Counted from the first letter of the stretch, positions 1 to 13,374 are shown. The stretch is DNA of 64,000 bases from Octopus vulgaris (GCA_951406725.2 OX597818.1:20584001-20648000); one strand, 5' to 3'. Notes: a model not told the origin generated them from the letters alone. Program-made: numbers and translations.

Positions 1-1217
1 TGCACTTTTTGTTCACAGGTCTTGGTGGGGAGTGTTTTGCACATATGTCTGTGACGGTGTCTACAAAGATCTGCCAAGATGTTTTATGGTTGGTGGAGAT
101 GTGTGTATGTGTAAAGGACCAGTCAACATAGCTCGTTCCTGATTGCATCCCAGTTGGCTTTATGGAGATCCATGTTGTCAAATGGGTGGGCTGGAGGAAG
201 GTCACTAGGATTAGCTTTCGGCTGGTGGAATTTCATGTTACAGAGAACCATGTCATGGTCTGAAAGAAGGGTTTTTTCCACTGTAACGTTATGTATAGTG
301 TTAGTGTGGTTACTAAACACTAGGTCCAAAATGTTCTGATGTCTTGTTGGTGCAAGGACAAGTTGGGACAAGAAAAACTCATTCGTAAAGTCGAAAAGTG
401 ACTCTGCTGCTTCTTTGTCAGCGGTTGAGGCGGGAGTGCTTGGTTTCAAACAGTTTGTAGTCCAGTCAACACAGGGTAGATTGAAGTCTCCCATCATGAG
501 TATGTTGCTAGAATGGCACTGTTGAATAAAGTACTTAATGCTGTTGAGGCATTCTTTAAAGCACAGTATGGGTGTTTGGGGCGGCCTATAGAGCCCAATT
601 ACTGTCAGGTCATTGGCTTTGTTGTGCACGGTGACTGATTCACAGTAGCCGTTGGAGAATATACTATTTCCATCTGCCGTAAATGAATCATGCAGGAAAA
701 TGGCAGTTCCACCCTTCCTCCTGCCGATACGATCCGCGCGGATGGTTGTGAAATTCTTCACTCTCACTTCGGCTTCCAAGTGGGAGTTGTCAAGGTGGGT
801 CTCAGTGAGAATGAAGAAAGGGATGTGGTGTGAATGGTTACCAACCCAGTCTTCAATGAATTGGACCTTCCATTTTTGTGCATTGATGGAAGGGCTGACA
901 CTTTGTGCATTGAGTAGGAATGTGGAGGTTAGTGTAGTGGCTGGTTTTGACTGTTGCAGGGGGCTTGGATTTTTTGTGTGTGTTAGTGGCAGCAATGTGG
1001 GGAATTGGTGCACTGGGTTAATAGCATAGGATGGTGTTGAGTGATGGCTAGAATGTTTTTGTGTATCTCTTTTGCCATGTTCAACATGGCTAAAAAGAAT
1101 TTTCCTGCTTAGGGAGCAGTTTTTGGCTGGAGGTGTGGTTGCACTGTTGGATAGGGTTGTAGTTTCCACTTTTGTTGTTGTTGTTTTTGTGTCTTCCTGA
1201 AAAGACTGGACCAGCAT
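1..1217 (-). pseudogene. LINE ORF2 N-terminal AP endonuclease domain, frameshifted at about 125
   Basis: Motifs ILTETHL, DRIGRRKGGTAIF, GLYRPP, MGDFNLP, ILDLVF and SDHDMV. Past the TGA at 123-125 a shifted frame continues DWSFTH...SWQIFVDTVTDICAKHSP, a typical post-endonuclease linker. Confidence 0.9.
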
Positions 1218-2208
1218 TACTGCAGCATGGTGTGTTTCTATTTTTATTGTTATTCAGGTTTGTGTGTTGGCTTGAGGCCCCGTTTCTGTTTGTGCGTCGG
1301 GTCCCTGGAAGATGAGTGAAGGGACAGTCACTCAGTAGACATGTTCTCTCACGTTGGGAATACCGGCAGATTTTGGGACTCCGAGTTGTGTGTGTTTTGA
1401 ATTTCGATTTACTATTTGGTGGTGTTGATGTTATTGTGGGATGAGTGCTTTGGCCTTGGCCGGTAGTGCGTCTAGTGCCGGGTAGATGCGTGAAGATGCA
1501 GTCACTATTTGTGCAGAGTCTCTGGCGCAGTGAATAGCGGCATATTTGGGGATTTCTTGTTTGTGCCGTGGGGGGCGCATTCTGCTTCCTATGTTTCTTT
1601 AAGTTTTTGTTACTGCAGTAGTATTGAGGTGGTGATGTGGGGGAAGAGGGCAGTGGTTTCTTATTTGGTTTTCTGTTGGTATTTTTGGTGATAGAAGACG
1701 ATGGTGGCAGCGGTGGTGATGATGATGATAATAATTGTGGTGGTTGCTGTGAGAGCGGTGAAAAGATACTGGCATTTAGCGAATCATCTAGTAAGCTAGA
1801 GTTGAGGAGTGGCTGTTGTTGTTGTTGTTGCTGTGGCTGTTGTTGTTGTGCTTGACCGATGTTAGGGTCAGCCATTGTGCTGGGAACCAGGAGTGGCTCA
1901 TTCTGTTGTTGTTGTTGTTGTTGTGGCTGCTGATTTTCTAGCTATTGTTGTTCTTGAACTGTGAAAATATGTAGAAGCTTTTCATAATGGCCTCTTATCA
2001 GTTTGAAAGATACTTCGATATGTTTCAACTTGCTACGAATCTGTTTGACGGATCGTGTGTTGACCACTTGTGATGTTTTTTCGGCAATCTCATTCAAACA
2101 CAAGACATTTAGATTTTCTGTTTGGGAAAGAGAGAACCATGTGTTTATTAAAACATCAATTTCGTTATCAGACCAATTTCGTCTGTTGCAGGCCTGCAAG
2201 TTAGTCAT
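1090..2208 (-). pseudogene. LINE ORF1: Myb/SANT-like domain, poly-Q/S/P linker and two CCCH zinc fingers; one in-frame TAG at 1942-1944
   Basis: ATG at 2208 ([24 protein letters not shown]...[13 protein letters not shown]) is in frame with ORF 1090..1875 through a TAG inside a CAA/CAG run. The CCCH repeats are CRYSLRQRLCTNSDCIFTH and CRYSQRERTCLLSDCPFTH. Confidence 0.75.
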
Positions 2209-2362
2209 GTTTGTTTTTCTTTTGTTTGTTTTCCTTTTGATTTTTGAAAATATATATATTCTTTCTTGGGAGTTAAAGAAGTGTATATATATATAAATGT
2301 TCTCTCTTAAGGGTGTGAGTTTTTGATTATTTGGTTGTTTGAGGATATTAGAAGAAAAACAG

Positions 2363-2377
2363 GTGTATATAACAATT

Positions 2378-2431
<54 letters not shown>

Positions 2432-2518
2432 TATACATATATATACATATACATATATATACATATATATACATATATATACATATACATATATATACAT
2501 ATATATACATATATATAC

Positions 2519-2593
<75 letters not shown>

Positions 2594-2674
2594 TATACAT
2601 ATATATACATATATACATATATATACATATATATATATACATATATATACATATATATACATATATATATATAC

Positions 2675-2732
<58 letters not shown>
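2363..2732. repeat. (TA)n/(TATACA)n compound microsatellite, representative of dozens in the window
   Basis: Direct reading. Confidence 0.98.
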
Positions 2733-2734
<2 letters not shown>

Positions 2735-2737
2735 AAG

Positions 2738-3044
2738 GGTGAAAAGGAACACACGAGTTGATATATATGAAAAAACAAGTAAAAAATAGAAAATGCTAAA
2801 ATAATTTTATAGTGAACATTTCAGTACCGGTTTCACAAGTGCAAACAAGGGAGTCAGAGAAAGGCAGAATGCCACTTAAATCTGAACACTACTATAGAAA
2901 TATTCTTTTAAAAAAACTTTTCTTCTAATTTTTCTAAATTTAATTATTTAATCGTTACAGTTGAAAAGGTCTCAAAATGACCGAAACCGGTACTGAAATG
3001 TTCACTATAAAATTATTTTAGCATTTTCTATTTTTTACTTGTTT

Positions 3045-3056
<12 letters not shown>
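2738..3056 (+). mobile_element. Penelope-like pLTR remnant as a foldback (arms 2761-2834 and 2983-3056) within (TA)n
   Basis: 74-bp inverted arms and an internal hammerhead fold; homologous copies at about 39638-39993 and 58941-59250. Confidence 0.7.
2958..2995 (+). ncRNA. Minimal type I hammerhead ribozyme, U3-A8 core variant
   Basis: CAG TTGAAAA GGTC-TCAAAAT-GACC GAAA CCGG TA CTG: stems I and II, palindromic stem III (ACCGGT) and a GUA site. Confidence 0.7.
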
Positions 3057-3117
<61 letters not shown>

Positions 3118-3120
<3 letters not shown>

Positions 3121-3300
3121 AGAGTTTACGAAAAAAACAAAAGACGAAGACAGGTGGTATACAAAACAAACAGATGTATTAGTATAACGCTCAGAAATAG
3201 AAAAAGTCTTTTACGTTTCAAGCCTACACTCTTCTACAGAAAAGGACACAGAAAACAAGGAGAGAAAAAAGGAGAGAAAAAAAGGAAAGAAAAAAAGGAT
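3118..3300 (-). mobile_element. Penelope-like pLTR fragment (CUGUNGA hammerhead family), hammerhead at about 3207-3245
   Basis: Minus strand CTTTT CTGTAGA A GAGT-GTAG-GCTT GAAA CG TA AAAGA; homologous to the copies at 13450, 30321 and 33277. Confidence 0.7.
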
Positions 3301-3422
3301 ATATACACAACTACATAAACACATGTACTATACCAATATATATATATATATATATATATGTATCTCTTCTTCCTTATACATATACATGTGTGTGTGTGTT
3401 TGTTTGTATGTATATATACCTA

Positions 3423-3482
<60 letters not shown>

Positions 3483-3675
3483 TGTTGTGGTGATAGACAT
3501 TAATACCTCTATCTGATTAAAAAGTGGACTCGTCGAACTCTGATAATGAGTAACGTGTCGCGTTGAGACAAGAAGGTTTGGGGTCTCGCGTGTTGGTTGT
3601 TGGAAGTTATGTCTATGAATGCATTGCTTTACTCCCGCTTCGTTAATATCATATATCCGCAACCAATGATATAAA

Positions 3676-3773
<98 letters not shown>

Positions 3774-3774
<1 letters not shown>

Positions 3775-3959
3775 AGTGTTCCGTAACCTTTTTTCACTTG
3801 TGATACACTTATGTTCTTTTCAAAATTCGGCGGCACACCTGAACTGAAAATATAACTAAGAGTATAGGGATAAAACTTATATTCAAGTTACACTGCAGCA
3901 CACCTGACATCGTCTCATTGCTAACCGATGTGCCGCGGCACACTGGTTGCTGAGCACTG
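3774..3959. mobile_element. hAT-like MITE
   Basis: Termini CAGTGTTCCGTAACC and GGTTGCTGAGCACTG, with internal GCGGCACAC subterminal repeats. Confidence 0.65.
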
Positions 3960-3987
3960 AGATAGATAGATAAAGAGAGAGAGAGGG

Positions 3988-4028
<41 letters not shown>

Positions 4029-4241
4029 TTGTTTTATGGACGATAATATCGAAATTTTATCGGTCGTCAGCCTCCTTAGACCGAGTCTACACCTGTATCG
4101 AATCCTATATTATATTAATGCTTATTCCTAGGAACCCTTACGCAGACAAGTTTCAAACTATTCCTTGATGGTTAGAGGCAGGCACATAAATTTAAATGTA
4201 TGAAACCTTCAGTAGTAGGTTTATTATCTTGTTTACCATAG

Positions 4242-4333
<92 letters not shown>

Positions 4334-4878
4334 GCACACACAGATGCAGACAATAGAAAATATATTGAAAACTTGACTAGGAAGTAAAAAAAGTTGTTAA
4401 AATTGTTTGACAATTTTCCTAAAGTTTTTGGGCTTACGGGTATTACTATTTTTATATTTCAATTTAAAATCCTTTTTTTTTTTCTTCCCCTTTAATTCAG
4501 CTCTGAAAGAAAGAAATTTATTACTTGACAGCTGACAATAGGCCTCTAACTAATGCACAATACATTACTTCTTTCCTGAAAAAAATACAAAAAGAAAGAA
4601 ACATTTAAAAATGATCTTAGGTTGGAAAACATCAGAAATACAATACAAATAGTATTAAAGGCATGCAATATAGGAAGATATTGGAGGTCGTCTTGGTTCA
4701 AACAACAAATTCTGTCACCAATGAACAAGCAACGGGCGAAATACGACAGGTGAGAATTTTCAACAGCAATAGCTTCAACTACGACCTTTGACATCCTTTG
4801 TTCTAGGCAGGAGCGATGTCAAACAGCGCCAGGTAGAAATAACGTATGTAATATGAACCATGGAGGGAACTTCTACAC

Positions 4879-5518
4879 CAGTGGTTCTCAACCATTTTTT
4901 GTCTATGAACCCCTTTGATTCCTATTTTATTCGGGCGGGCGGCCTTCATAGCCTTTCGACATCTAAAAGCTCCCTATTATATTTTTATGATTAAATATTA
5001 TTAGGAATTGTATGAAACGGTGTTTAAATATTGTATAACTCTTTTACTCTTTTACTTGTTTCAGTCATTTGACTGCGGCCATGCTGGAGCACCGCCTTCT
5101 TTGTAAGCCTAGTTTACCGAACCGCTAAGTTACGGGGAGGTAAACACACCAAAATTGATTGTCAAGCGATGTTGGAGGGGGCGCAAACACAGACACACAC
5201 ATACACATATATACATATGTACATATATATGATGGGCTTCTTTCAGTTTCCGTTTACCAAATCCACTCACAAGGCTTTGGTCAGCCCGAGGCTATAGTAG
5301 AAGACACTTGCTCAAGGTGCCACACAGTGGGACTGAACCCGGAACCATGTGGTTGGTAAGCAAGCTACTTACCACACAGCCACTCCTGCGCCTATAGATA
5401 AATATTTTACGTATTGTATTTTATGTAGAAATATAACCAGTTTATTGCTCATAATTTTTAATAATAAAATCGTATATGGATCCCTGAGTTCCATATGGAT
5501 TCTGATTGAGAACCACTG
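4879..5518. mobile_element. hAT-like MITE interrupted by a SINE
   Basis: Terminal inverted repeats CAGTGGTTCTCAA and TTGAGAACCACTG; homologous to 11873-12225. Confidence 0.75.
5037..5392 (-). mobile_element. tRNA-derived SINE, family A (internally deleted)
   Basis: Head GGCGCAGGAGTGGCTGTGTGGTAAG...GGTTCAGTCCC; tail AAGGCGGTGCTCCAGCATGGCCGCAGTCAAATGACTGAAACAAG(TAAAAGAG)n. Confidence 0.9.
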
Positions 5519-5776
5519 CTCGATCTAAGCAGCAGCAGCTAAATCTTAACTAAAATCACAAGCTACTGTTAAATAAAAAAAAGGAAGGACATGCTAGATA
5601 GTGTAATCTTGGTCATAAAAAACAGACAGGTTGGCCAAGGATTAACCAGCTTTGCTCACAGGGCTGCTCATTCTGTGTATAATCCAGGGTTTTTCATAGC
5701 AGAGGCCGAGGGGAGGATCCAGATTCTCTGTGGGTGGTTCTGCGAAGAGATGGCCGAATTCTTATGTTTAATAAAA

Positions 5777-6150
5777 ATAGCTTGCTTACCAACCACATGG
5801 TTCCGGGTTCAGTCCCACTGCGTGGCACCTTGGGCAAGTGTCTTCTACTATAGCCTCGGGCCGACCAATGCCTTGTGAATGGATTTGGTAGACGGAAACT
5901 GAAAGAAGCCAGTCGTATATATGTATATATATATGCGTGTACGTGTGTGTTTGTGTGTCTGTGTTTGTCCCCCTAGCATTGCTTGACAACCGATGCTGGT
6001 GTGTTTATGTCCCCGTCACTTAGCGGTTCGGCAAAAGAGACCGATAGAATAAGTACTGGGCTTACAAGGAATAAGTCCCGGGGTCGATTTGCTCGACTAA
6101 AGGCGGTGCTCCAGCATGGCTGCAGTCAAATGACTGAAACAAGTAAAGAG
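5777..6150 (+). mobile_element. SINE family A
   Basis: Matches the other copies over body and tail. Confidence 0.9.
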
Positions 6151-6539
6151 AATTGGTTTAAAATTTTTTTAATCTTGTCCAACAAACTGGTGTTGGTCAC
6201 CTATACATACAAACCTATATATATGTAGGTTTATATATGTATATATGTGAATATGTACACACACGCACATACTCAGATTCACAGGCACATACTCGCATAA
6301 ATGTATTGTTCGTATGTTTGTTCTTTCGAGGGTTTATATATTTGTTTACGCTTGTGTGTATTTAATGCCTGTAAATACTTCTGTACCCTTGTTTGCGTAC
6401 ACACACACACACACAAATAATTATATACATACGCGCTTTATTGTTTCATTGTATAATTTCCTATGAATTTCATTGTAATATTGTAAATAGTTCGAATAAG
6501 TATTAGTAAGGATAACTGTACCACAACAGCAATTTGTTG

Positions 6540-6583
<44 letters not shown>

Positions 6584-7531
6584 AAACAACCATTAACCCT
6601 CTCAAAAGTCCCATCAATCCAAGTATCAATATGCGTTTCGTTGAGCCGTTTGAATGTAAAACAAAAGACGTTTTTCTCGATGTCATCCGACTGCGCGATA
6701 ATTCATCGTAAATGAATGGACTTCACTGTTGCCAAAGTATCGTTAGAAAGTCTATGAAGTGAAAACCCAGGAGAACGCAAAAGCTCCCGCATCAATTTCA
6801 CCAGACAGACATTTCAGAACAATGTGTTGTACAATGAGTTTTGCATAGCGTTGTCAAAAAGAATGGTGGGCGGGAATCCATTAAAGAAACGGAAGCTATA
6901 ACAAGCAGATTACATTGGAGCTGGTCTTTATAATGTTGGTCATAATCTGGGGTATTTTGTAATACATGAAGGAAGCATAATTGGACGTTTACTATAATGC
7001 TTTAACAAACCACGCTTTTATAGATATCTGAGATAAAATAATTTGGCTTTTTAATGGATAGCATGATGAGGCTAATGAAAGTATTGTGTGAGTATGTATC
7101 TATCTGTCTATCTGCATGCGTGTGTATCTATCTGTGCACGTGTGAGCGTTTAGACTATACCCACGATAGAACTGGAAAAAAAACCATAGTTAAAATACGT
7201 ACTCTATACATATGTGTGTAGAGTGAGTGTTTGTTAGCAAAATGCCATAAGGAGAGCGCATTCCATTTCAGTTGATCCAGTGGCAATGATTGTATGTGCA
7301 TCGTCAGGGACAAATAATCTCACGCTTAAATGGTCAGAATACACCAAAGCTGCCCCTGTTGTACCAACGGAGGAATCATAATTTGTTTTGATGGATTGTC
7401 AGTTTAGGTTTTGATAAAATATATTAACACTCGAAATTTTCATTTTCATACCGTTATTCTAAGTGGTTTGACTATGTTCTTCGAAATTGGTAACTCTAGG
7501 ATTATATATAGGTGCAACACCCAAACCGCAA

Positions 7532-7805
7532 GGCGCGTGTCCTAGTGGTTAGCGTATTGCATTCACGATCATTAGATCGTGGGTTCGATTCCCTGACCGA
7601 ATGGTGTGCAGTGTTCTTGAGCAAAACTCTTCATTTTACGTTGCCTCAGTCCACTTAGCTGTAAATGGGAAACCCTGCGAACTAGCCTTCCGATGAATGG
7701 AATATTAGCCTGTTCGTCTATCCAAGTGGGGTGGCATCCTTTGTAGGCTAAAAGGATGCAAAGCACATTGCGACCAAAGATGTATAACAACATCCGATAG
7801 TCCGT
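7532..7805 (+). mobile_element. tRNA-derived SINE, family D
   Basis: A-box-like CCTAGTGGTTAG and B box GGTTCGATTCCC; a related head lies on the minus strand near 62570-62685. Confidence 0.65.
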
Positions 7806-7806
7806 G

Positions 7807-7886
<80 letters not shown>

Positions 7887-8380
7887 TATCAAGTTAGGGG
7901 AGTTTAATACCTCTGCTTCTTACTTTGTTACCTATTTAATTAAAGACATGCCAGGGGCGGCAAACGGAGGGGCCGCCCCAGGTGGCACACACTCTAGAGA
8001 CGCGAGTGACTCGATGTGTTCAACCTCCCAAACTGCAATCAGTCTTTCTGGACTCATACGAAAATAACCTTCACCAGGTTTGCAGAATCCTATTTTACTC
8101 CTCTTTGCTAAAACGATGGCTTTGTAAGAAGTACTTTCCCGGGAGAAAGCCTACGATTTCGCTGACTACTCTGCACTCAACTCCACGCAAACTACACTAA
8201 GCAAATCTCCTTCCAATCAATTTATTTCCATTCTACCAGGTTTCTACCTTGCATACAACTACCTTCGGTTGTGTCAAACCAAAAAGATCACTGAGAAACT
8301 GACAATCTCCCTTCCATCGCCATCAGCTTTGATCCACAAAGAGTGCTAGCTCCCTTACTCATCAAACTCTTCTCTCTTTC

Positions 8381-8503
<123 letters not shown>

Positions 8504-8936
8504 ATATATATACCTAGAGAGAATATGCCTTGGTCTCTCAAAACATGCTTGCGAAGTTAGTCGCCATATATTTGTTATGTCGCACGTTCGGATGCCTCAA
8601 CTCAATTCTGCTCATCTCCTGTCTACTACTCTGTTCTCTGGCTAGTCTACGACTGCTAGACTTCTCACTCTATATCTACGTATTGGGCTAGTCTACTTCA
8701 TCGTCTGGGGGCATCTACACAACAATATGTATTAGAATATGTACGGAAAAATAGAATTCAAGGAGACATGTTGGTCTGCGTCGGAATAACTTGTATTATT
8801 TAGTACAATAGACAAAAATAGTGCAGTGAACTTAATGTGAGGAGTGGGAAATCTAACGTTTCGGATAATGTCCTTCTTCAAGCAAAATTTGAATTGAGAG
8901 AAAATGTGTGTCTATATGTGTGTGTGTGTATGTGTG

Positions 8937-8989
<53 letters not shown>

Positions 8990-9273
8990 ATCTTCAGTGA
9001 ACATTCAAATTTTTGCTGCATATAACACTTCAATTAAGATTGCAAATCTGCATATGACGCATCGGCCTTTTATATAAAAAAATGTTTTGTTCAGGAATTC
9101 TAGAGATAAAGAATATGACTGTCTATTTTCATGTATGCACAATCTGATTTATTCTCCTTCAGACAAGCGGTTTACAATTCTATTTTTATTTCTCGGAAAT
9201 ACTAATCTTCGCTAAAGTTAAGATATTCTCCTTGTACCAACAAAATTTTTTCCATTATCTTTTATATCAAAAA

Positions 9274-9480
9274 GGCGGCGAGCTGGCAGAATCGTAAACA
9301 CGGCGGGCAAAATGCTTGGCGGCACTCCGTCCGTCTGTACGTTCTGAGTTCAAATTCTACCGAAGTCGACTTTGCATTTCATCGGTTCGGGGCCGATTCA
9401 ATATGTACCAGTTGCGCACTGGGGTCGATGTATCGACTTACTCTCTCTCGTACTTCTTGGCTTTGTGTCGAAATTTGAAG
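9274..9480 (+). mobile_element. tRNA-derived SINE, family B (Deu/Nin-like central domain)
   Basis: Head GGCGGCGAGCTGGCAGAATCG, B box GAGTTCAAATTC and core GACTTTGCCTTTCATCCTTTCGGGGTCGATAAA (consensus). Confidence 0.8.
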
Positions 9481-10603
9481 CCATTATCTTTATTATCAAT
9501 GCACACATGTTATATTGTAAATACCTCTGAAAGTTATAGATGTTTTCGTGAATACTTTGCTGTAAGCCAGTAACTGAAGTTTAGATATCAAAATCCCGCC
9601 ACGACCCTCAATGTGCATTTGCTCCGTTACAATTTGGCCGAAAACAAAGGAGTTTGTCCTGCAATACGAAATATATAGAATACTAGCTTAAAAGCCGCAC
9701 TTCGATAATGTTTGCTCAGAAGTGTAAGGAAGGATGAGAATTAATTCTGTTATGCAATCGTTCTAGTGTTCCAGTCCCAAGTAGAATTCCAGCTGTTGGC
9801 TAATTTGTCCCAAAGTTCTTTTCTCGGCGTAAAATTAACAAAGCGAATGTCATTTATCGCCCTCTTGATCTCTAACAAACGCCAACCAAAGTGGCGTGAA
9901 TTAGCCAAGGTTTACCTGCTAGAAATAGCAAACCCAAATGCTTTTAAATCAGATCCCAATGCTGTATGTTCAAGAATCGAATGAAGGGCAGATTTTTCAA
10001 TCCTGCGATCATCCTGATTCCAAAAAGGTAGAGCAAATGTAGATTGAAATACAGGGTTACCAGACGGACAGACAAAATTTCGCTTTTATTATTATAATGT
10101 ATATTTATATTTATTTTCATCGTGTCAAACACTTTCAGCTGATTTTACATTTCTGTCTATAATTTTCTGAAATATAGTGTTTTATGTTCTTTACTTTTTC
10201 CCCCCATACTTTTTTTCCCCAGCAATTTCTTAGATACCTTTCCTCAAGTTATTACACTGAGATAACATTCCCGTTGGAGCTACATCAAACGCGCAAACTT
10301 CGCAACTTTCCTAAATATAGAACTTTGTATTGTTGTGTACGTACATACATGCATACATACATACATACATACATACATACATACATACATACATACATAC
10401 ATACATACATGTATATGTATGTATATGTATACATACATTTATATATGTGTGTGTATATATATTAATTATAAATATATATATACATATACATAAACATACA
10501 TATGTACATATATATGTATATATGTATATACATACATATATATACACACACGCATATATATATATATACATACACCTATGTATATATGTATGTATACATG
10601 TGT

Positions 10604-10756
<153 letters not shown>

Positions 10757-11190
10757 TCTCTCTGTGTGTGTGTGTGTGCATGTGTGCGGATGTAGATGAA
10801 AAGAAATGCATAAAGAGAGAAATAAAATGAAAGGGAAAATGAAGAGCAGAAAGAATGAAAGGCAAACATATAACGAAAACAAAGAAAGAGGAAAGCAAAT
10901 AGAAAGAAACAGCTGTAAATAAACTAAAAGCTGTCAACTTTGAAGCGTTGAAGAGATTTCCATTAAAGACGTAGTAGGAGTGGTGGTGGGTAACGGAGGA
11001 CGGAGGAGTAGGTGGTCGCAGTACGCACGCGCGGCTTTGCTTAAAAGTAAGTGGAGGTTATTTATTCAAATTTTATTCTATTTTATTCTTATTGATGATG
11101 ATGACTGTTTGTTGATATGGTGTTCATAGCAGTTAATGCGCGCCAGCGTGTGTATGTGTGTGTGTGTGTATGTATGTGTGTTTGTGTGTT

Positions 11191-11236
<46 letters not shown>

Positions 11237-11276
11237 CGTGTGCGTTAAATGATAAACGTTTACGCAGAGCTCAAGG

Positions 11277-11640
11277 CTTGCTTCCCAGCCACCACATGGT
11301 TCAGGGTTCAGTTCCACTGCGTGACTCAGTAGGCAAGTGTCTTCTGCTATAACCTGGGGCCGGCCAAGTGCTCGTGTGTGGATTTTGGTAGACGGAAACT
11401 GAAAGAAGCTCGTGGTATGTGTGTGTGTGTTTGTGTGTGTGTGTGTTTGTCTCCCACCACGGCTTGACAACCGGTGTTGGTGTGTTTACGTCCCCTGTGA
11501 TGTAGCGGTTCGGCAAAAAGAGTCCAATCGAATAAATACCTTGCTTGAAAAAACGAAAGTACTGGGGTCGATTCATTCGCCTAAAAATTTAAGGCAGTAC
11601 TCCAGCATGACCAGTCTAGTGACTGAAACAAGTAAAAGAA
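11277..11640 (+). mobile_element. SINE family A (diverged)
   Basis: Homology to other copies. Confidence 0.85.
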
Positions 11641-11872
11641 AAAAATTTAAAAAACGACAAAATATTTCATGAATATATATATATCGGCAGGTTTAAAAGC
11701 CGCCCTGTGAAAACGGGCAAAAACATGTAATTTAATTTTCTCTCCATGCTCAGAATATACATACAAACATAAAGATACACACATATCTACATGTGTGCAC
11801 AACAGTAAGTTCATATGATAGCTTCTCAACCACGTAGCTCCACATTCTAACCCAGTGTGTGACAACTTAGAG

Positions 11873-12225
11873 CAGGGATTCTCAACCATTGTTTTGTCAT
11901 TGGACCCCTTTAATTACTATTTTATTCTGGTGGATTCCTGTAGACATTTGATGTTAAAAAACTGCTTTTATAGATACTTCTTTCAAAATTCCTACTTTGT
12001 TTTTTGTATATTAACTTGTGTAGGTTGAATTTATGTAAGATGTTAGAGAAAAAAAAAACAGGTTGTTTCTTGCAATACATACCAATACACACATCTAATG
12101 TAAAATTGTTTCAGGGGCCCTTAAAATTTTATTGTGGATCCCGACTTTACTATTTTGTTATGTGAACACTCGTAAATCTTATATGCACCCATAGAGGCCA
12201 TTTGCACCCTGGTTGAGAACCATTG
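11873..12225. mobile_element. hAT MITE with 8-bp target site duplication
   Basis: Termini CAGGGATTCTCAACC and GGTTGAGAACCATTG; flanks ACTTAGAG (11865-11872) and ACTTAGAC (12226-12233). Confidence 0.85.
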
Positions 12226-12399
12226 ACTTAGACAATTGTTTTGTGCTAAAATTTCGGGCTGACCAATACTTAGAAATTTGGTTGGCAAAATCTGTTCAGA
12301 AGCCTGTCGTATAAGTATGTATGCATATGTCTGTATATGTATATGTAGACACACACGCACACACACACACACACACACATATACCTACATATATAAATA

Positions 12400-12805
12400 T
12401 TGCCTTCAAATTTTGACACAAGGCCAGCAATTTCGAAAGCGGGGGTTAGTCGATTACATCAACTCCAGCGTTCAATGGTACTTATTTTATCGATTCTGAA
12501 AGGATGAAAGGCAAAGTCGACATCGCAAAATTTGAATTCAGAACGTGAAGACAAGCGAAATGCCCGACATGGTAACAATTCTGCCAATAAGTCGACCTAC
12601 ATCCATATTGGTTTCAGGTTTTAGCACAAGGCCAGCAATTTCAGGGAAGCAGGTAATTCAATTACATCGACTTCAAGTAGTCGACTAGTACTTATTTTAT
12701 TGACCCCGAAAGGATAAAAAGCAATGTCGACCTCGGTGAAATTTGAACTCACAACGTAAAAGCGGATGGACTGCCACTAAGCATTTTGCCCGGCGTGCCC
12801 GCTTG
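12400..12805 (-). mobile_element. Two tandem SINE family B copies
   Basis: Repeated GAAAGGATGAAAGGCAAAGTCGAC-like core. Confidence 0.8.
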
Positions 12806-13090
12806 TCACCATACATATATATGTGTGTTAATATAAAGAATGGAGTGAGTTGCACATTTTATTGCATAATGCTACAATTGTTTCATCGCAACTTTAGCAA
12901 AGGATTGCTGAAATATTATCACATATTATGAAATAAGGATGTGTGTGTATTTATATAATCTCTATGGATAGTCACGAATTTCCGTATATATCTTCAATAA
13001 TTTGATCGATCTTCGTTGCGAAATCGTCTCAAAGCCGGTACTAGTAGACGAACTTTCTAAAGCAAACTACAAAGTTAATGCACAAATTGA

Positions 13091-13129
<39 letters not shown>

Positions 13130-13200
13130 ATATGTGTGTGTATGTATGTGCGTGGGTGCGTATGTAGAGAGAAAAAAAGGGGAGAGAAGGGAGAGATAAA

Positions 13201-13374
13201 TAGGAGTGGCTGTGTGGTAAGTAGCTTGCTTACCAACCACATGGTTCCGGGTTCAGTCCCACTGCGTGGTACCTTGGGTAAGTGTCTTCTACTATAGCCT
13301 CGGGCCGACCAAAACCTTGTGAGTGGATTTGGTAGACGGCAACTGAAAGAAGACCATCATATATATATATACAG

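Larger units (their letters stand above)
1..2300 (-). mobile_element. 5' half of an APE-type non-LTR retrotransposon (CR1/L2/Jockey-group LINE), decayed, continuing off the left edge
   Basis: ORF1 with Myb/SANT-like and CCCH motifs followed by an AP-endonuclease ORF2; the 5' end abuts a (TA)n array. Confidence 0.9.

Noticed and set aside
4040-4075. CTGACGA plus hairpin on the minus strand
   Set aside because: There is no GAAA or stem III after the hairpin.
8850-8885. Minus-strand TTGAAGA AGGA-CATTA-TCC GAAA CGTT hammerhead remnant
   Set aside because: U3-G8 mismatch and no stem I; probably a decayed pLTR, too weak to call.
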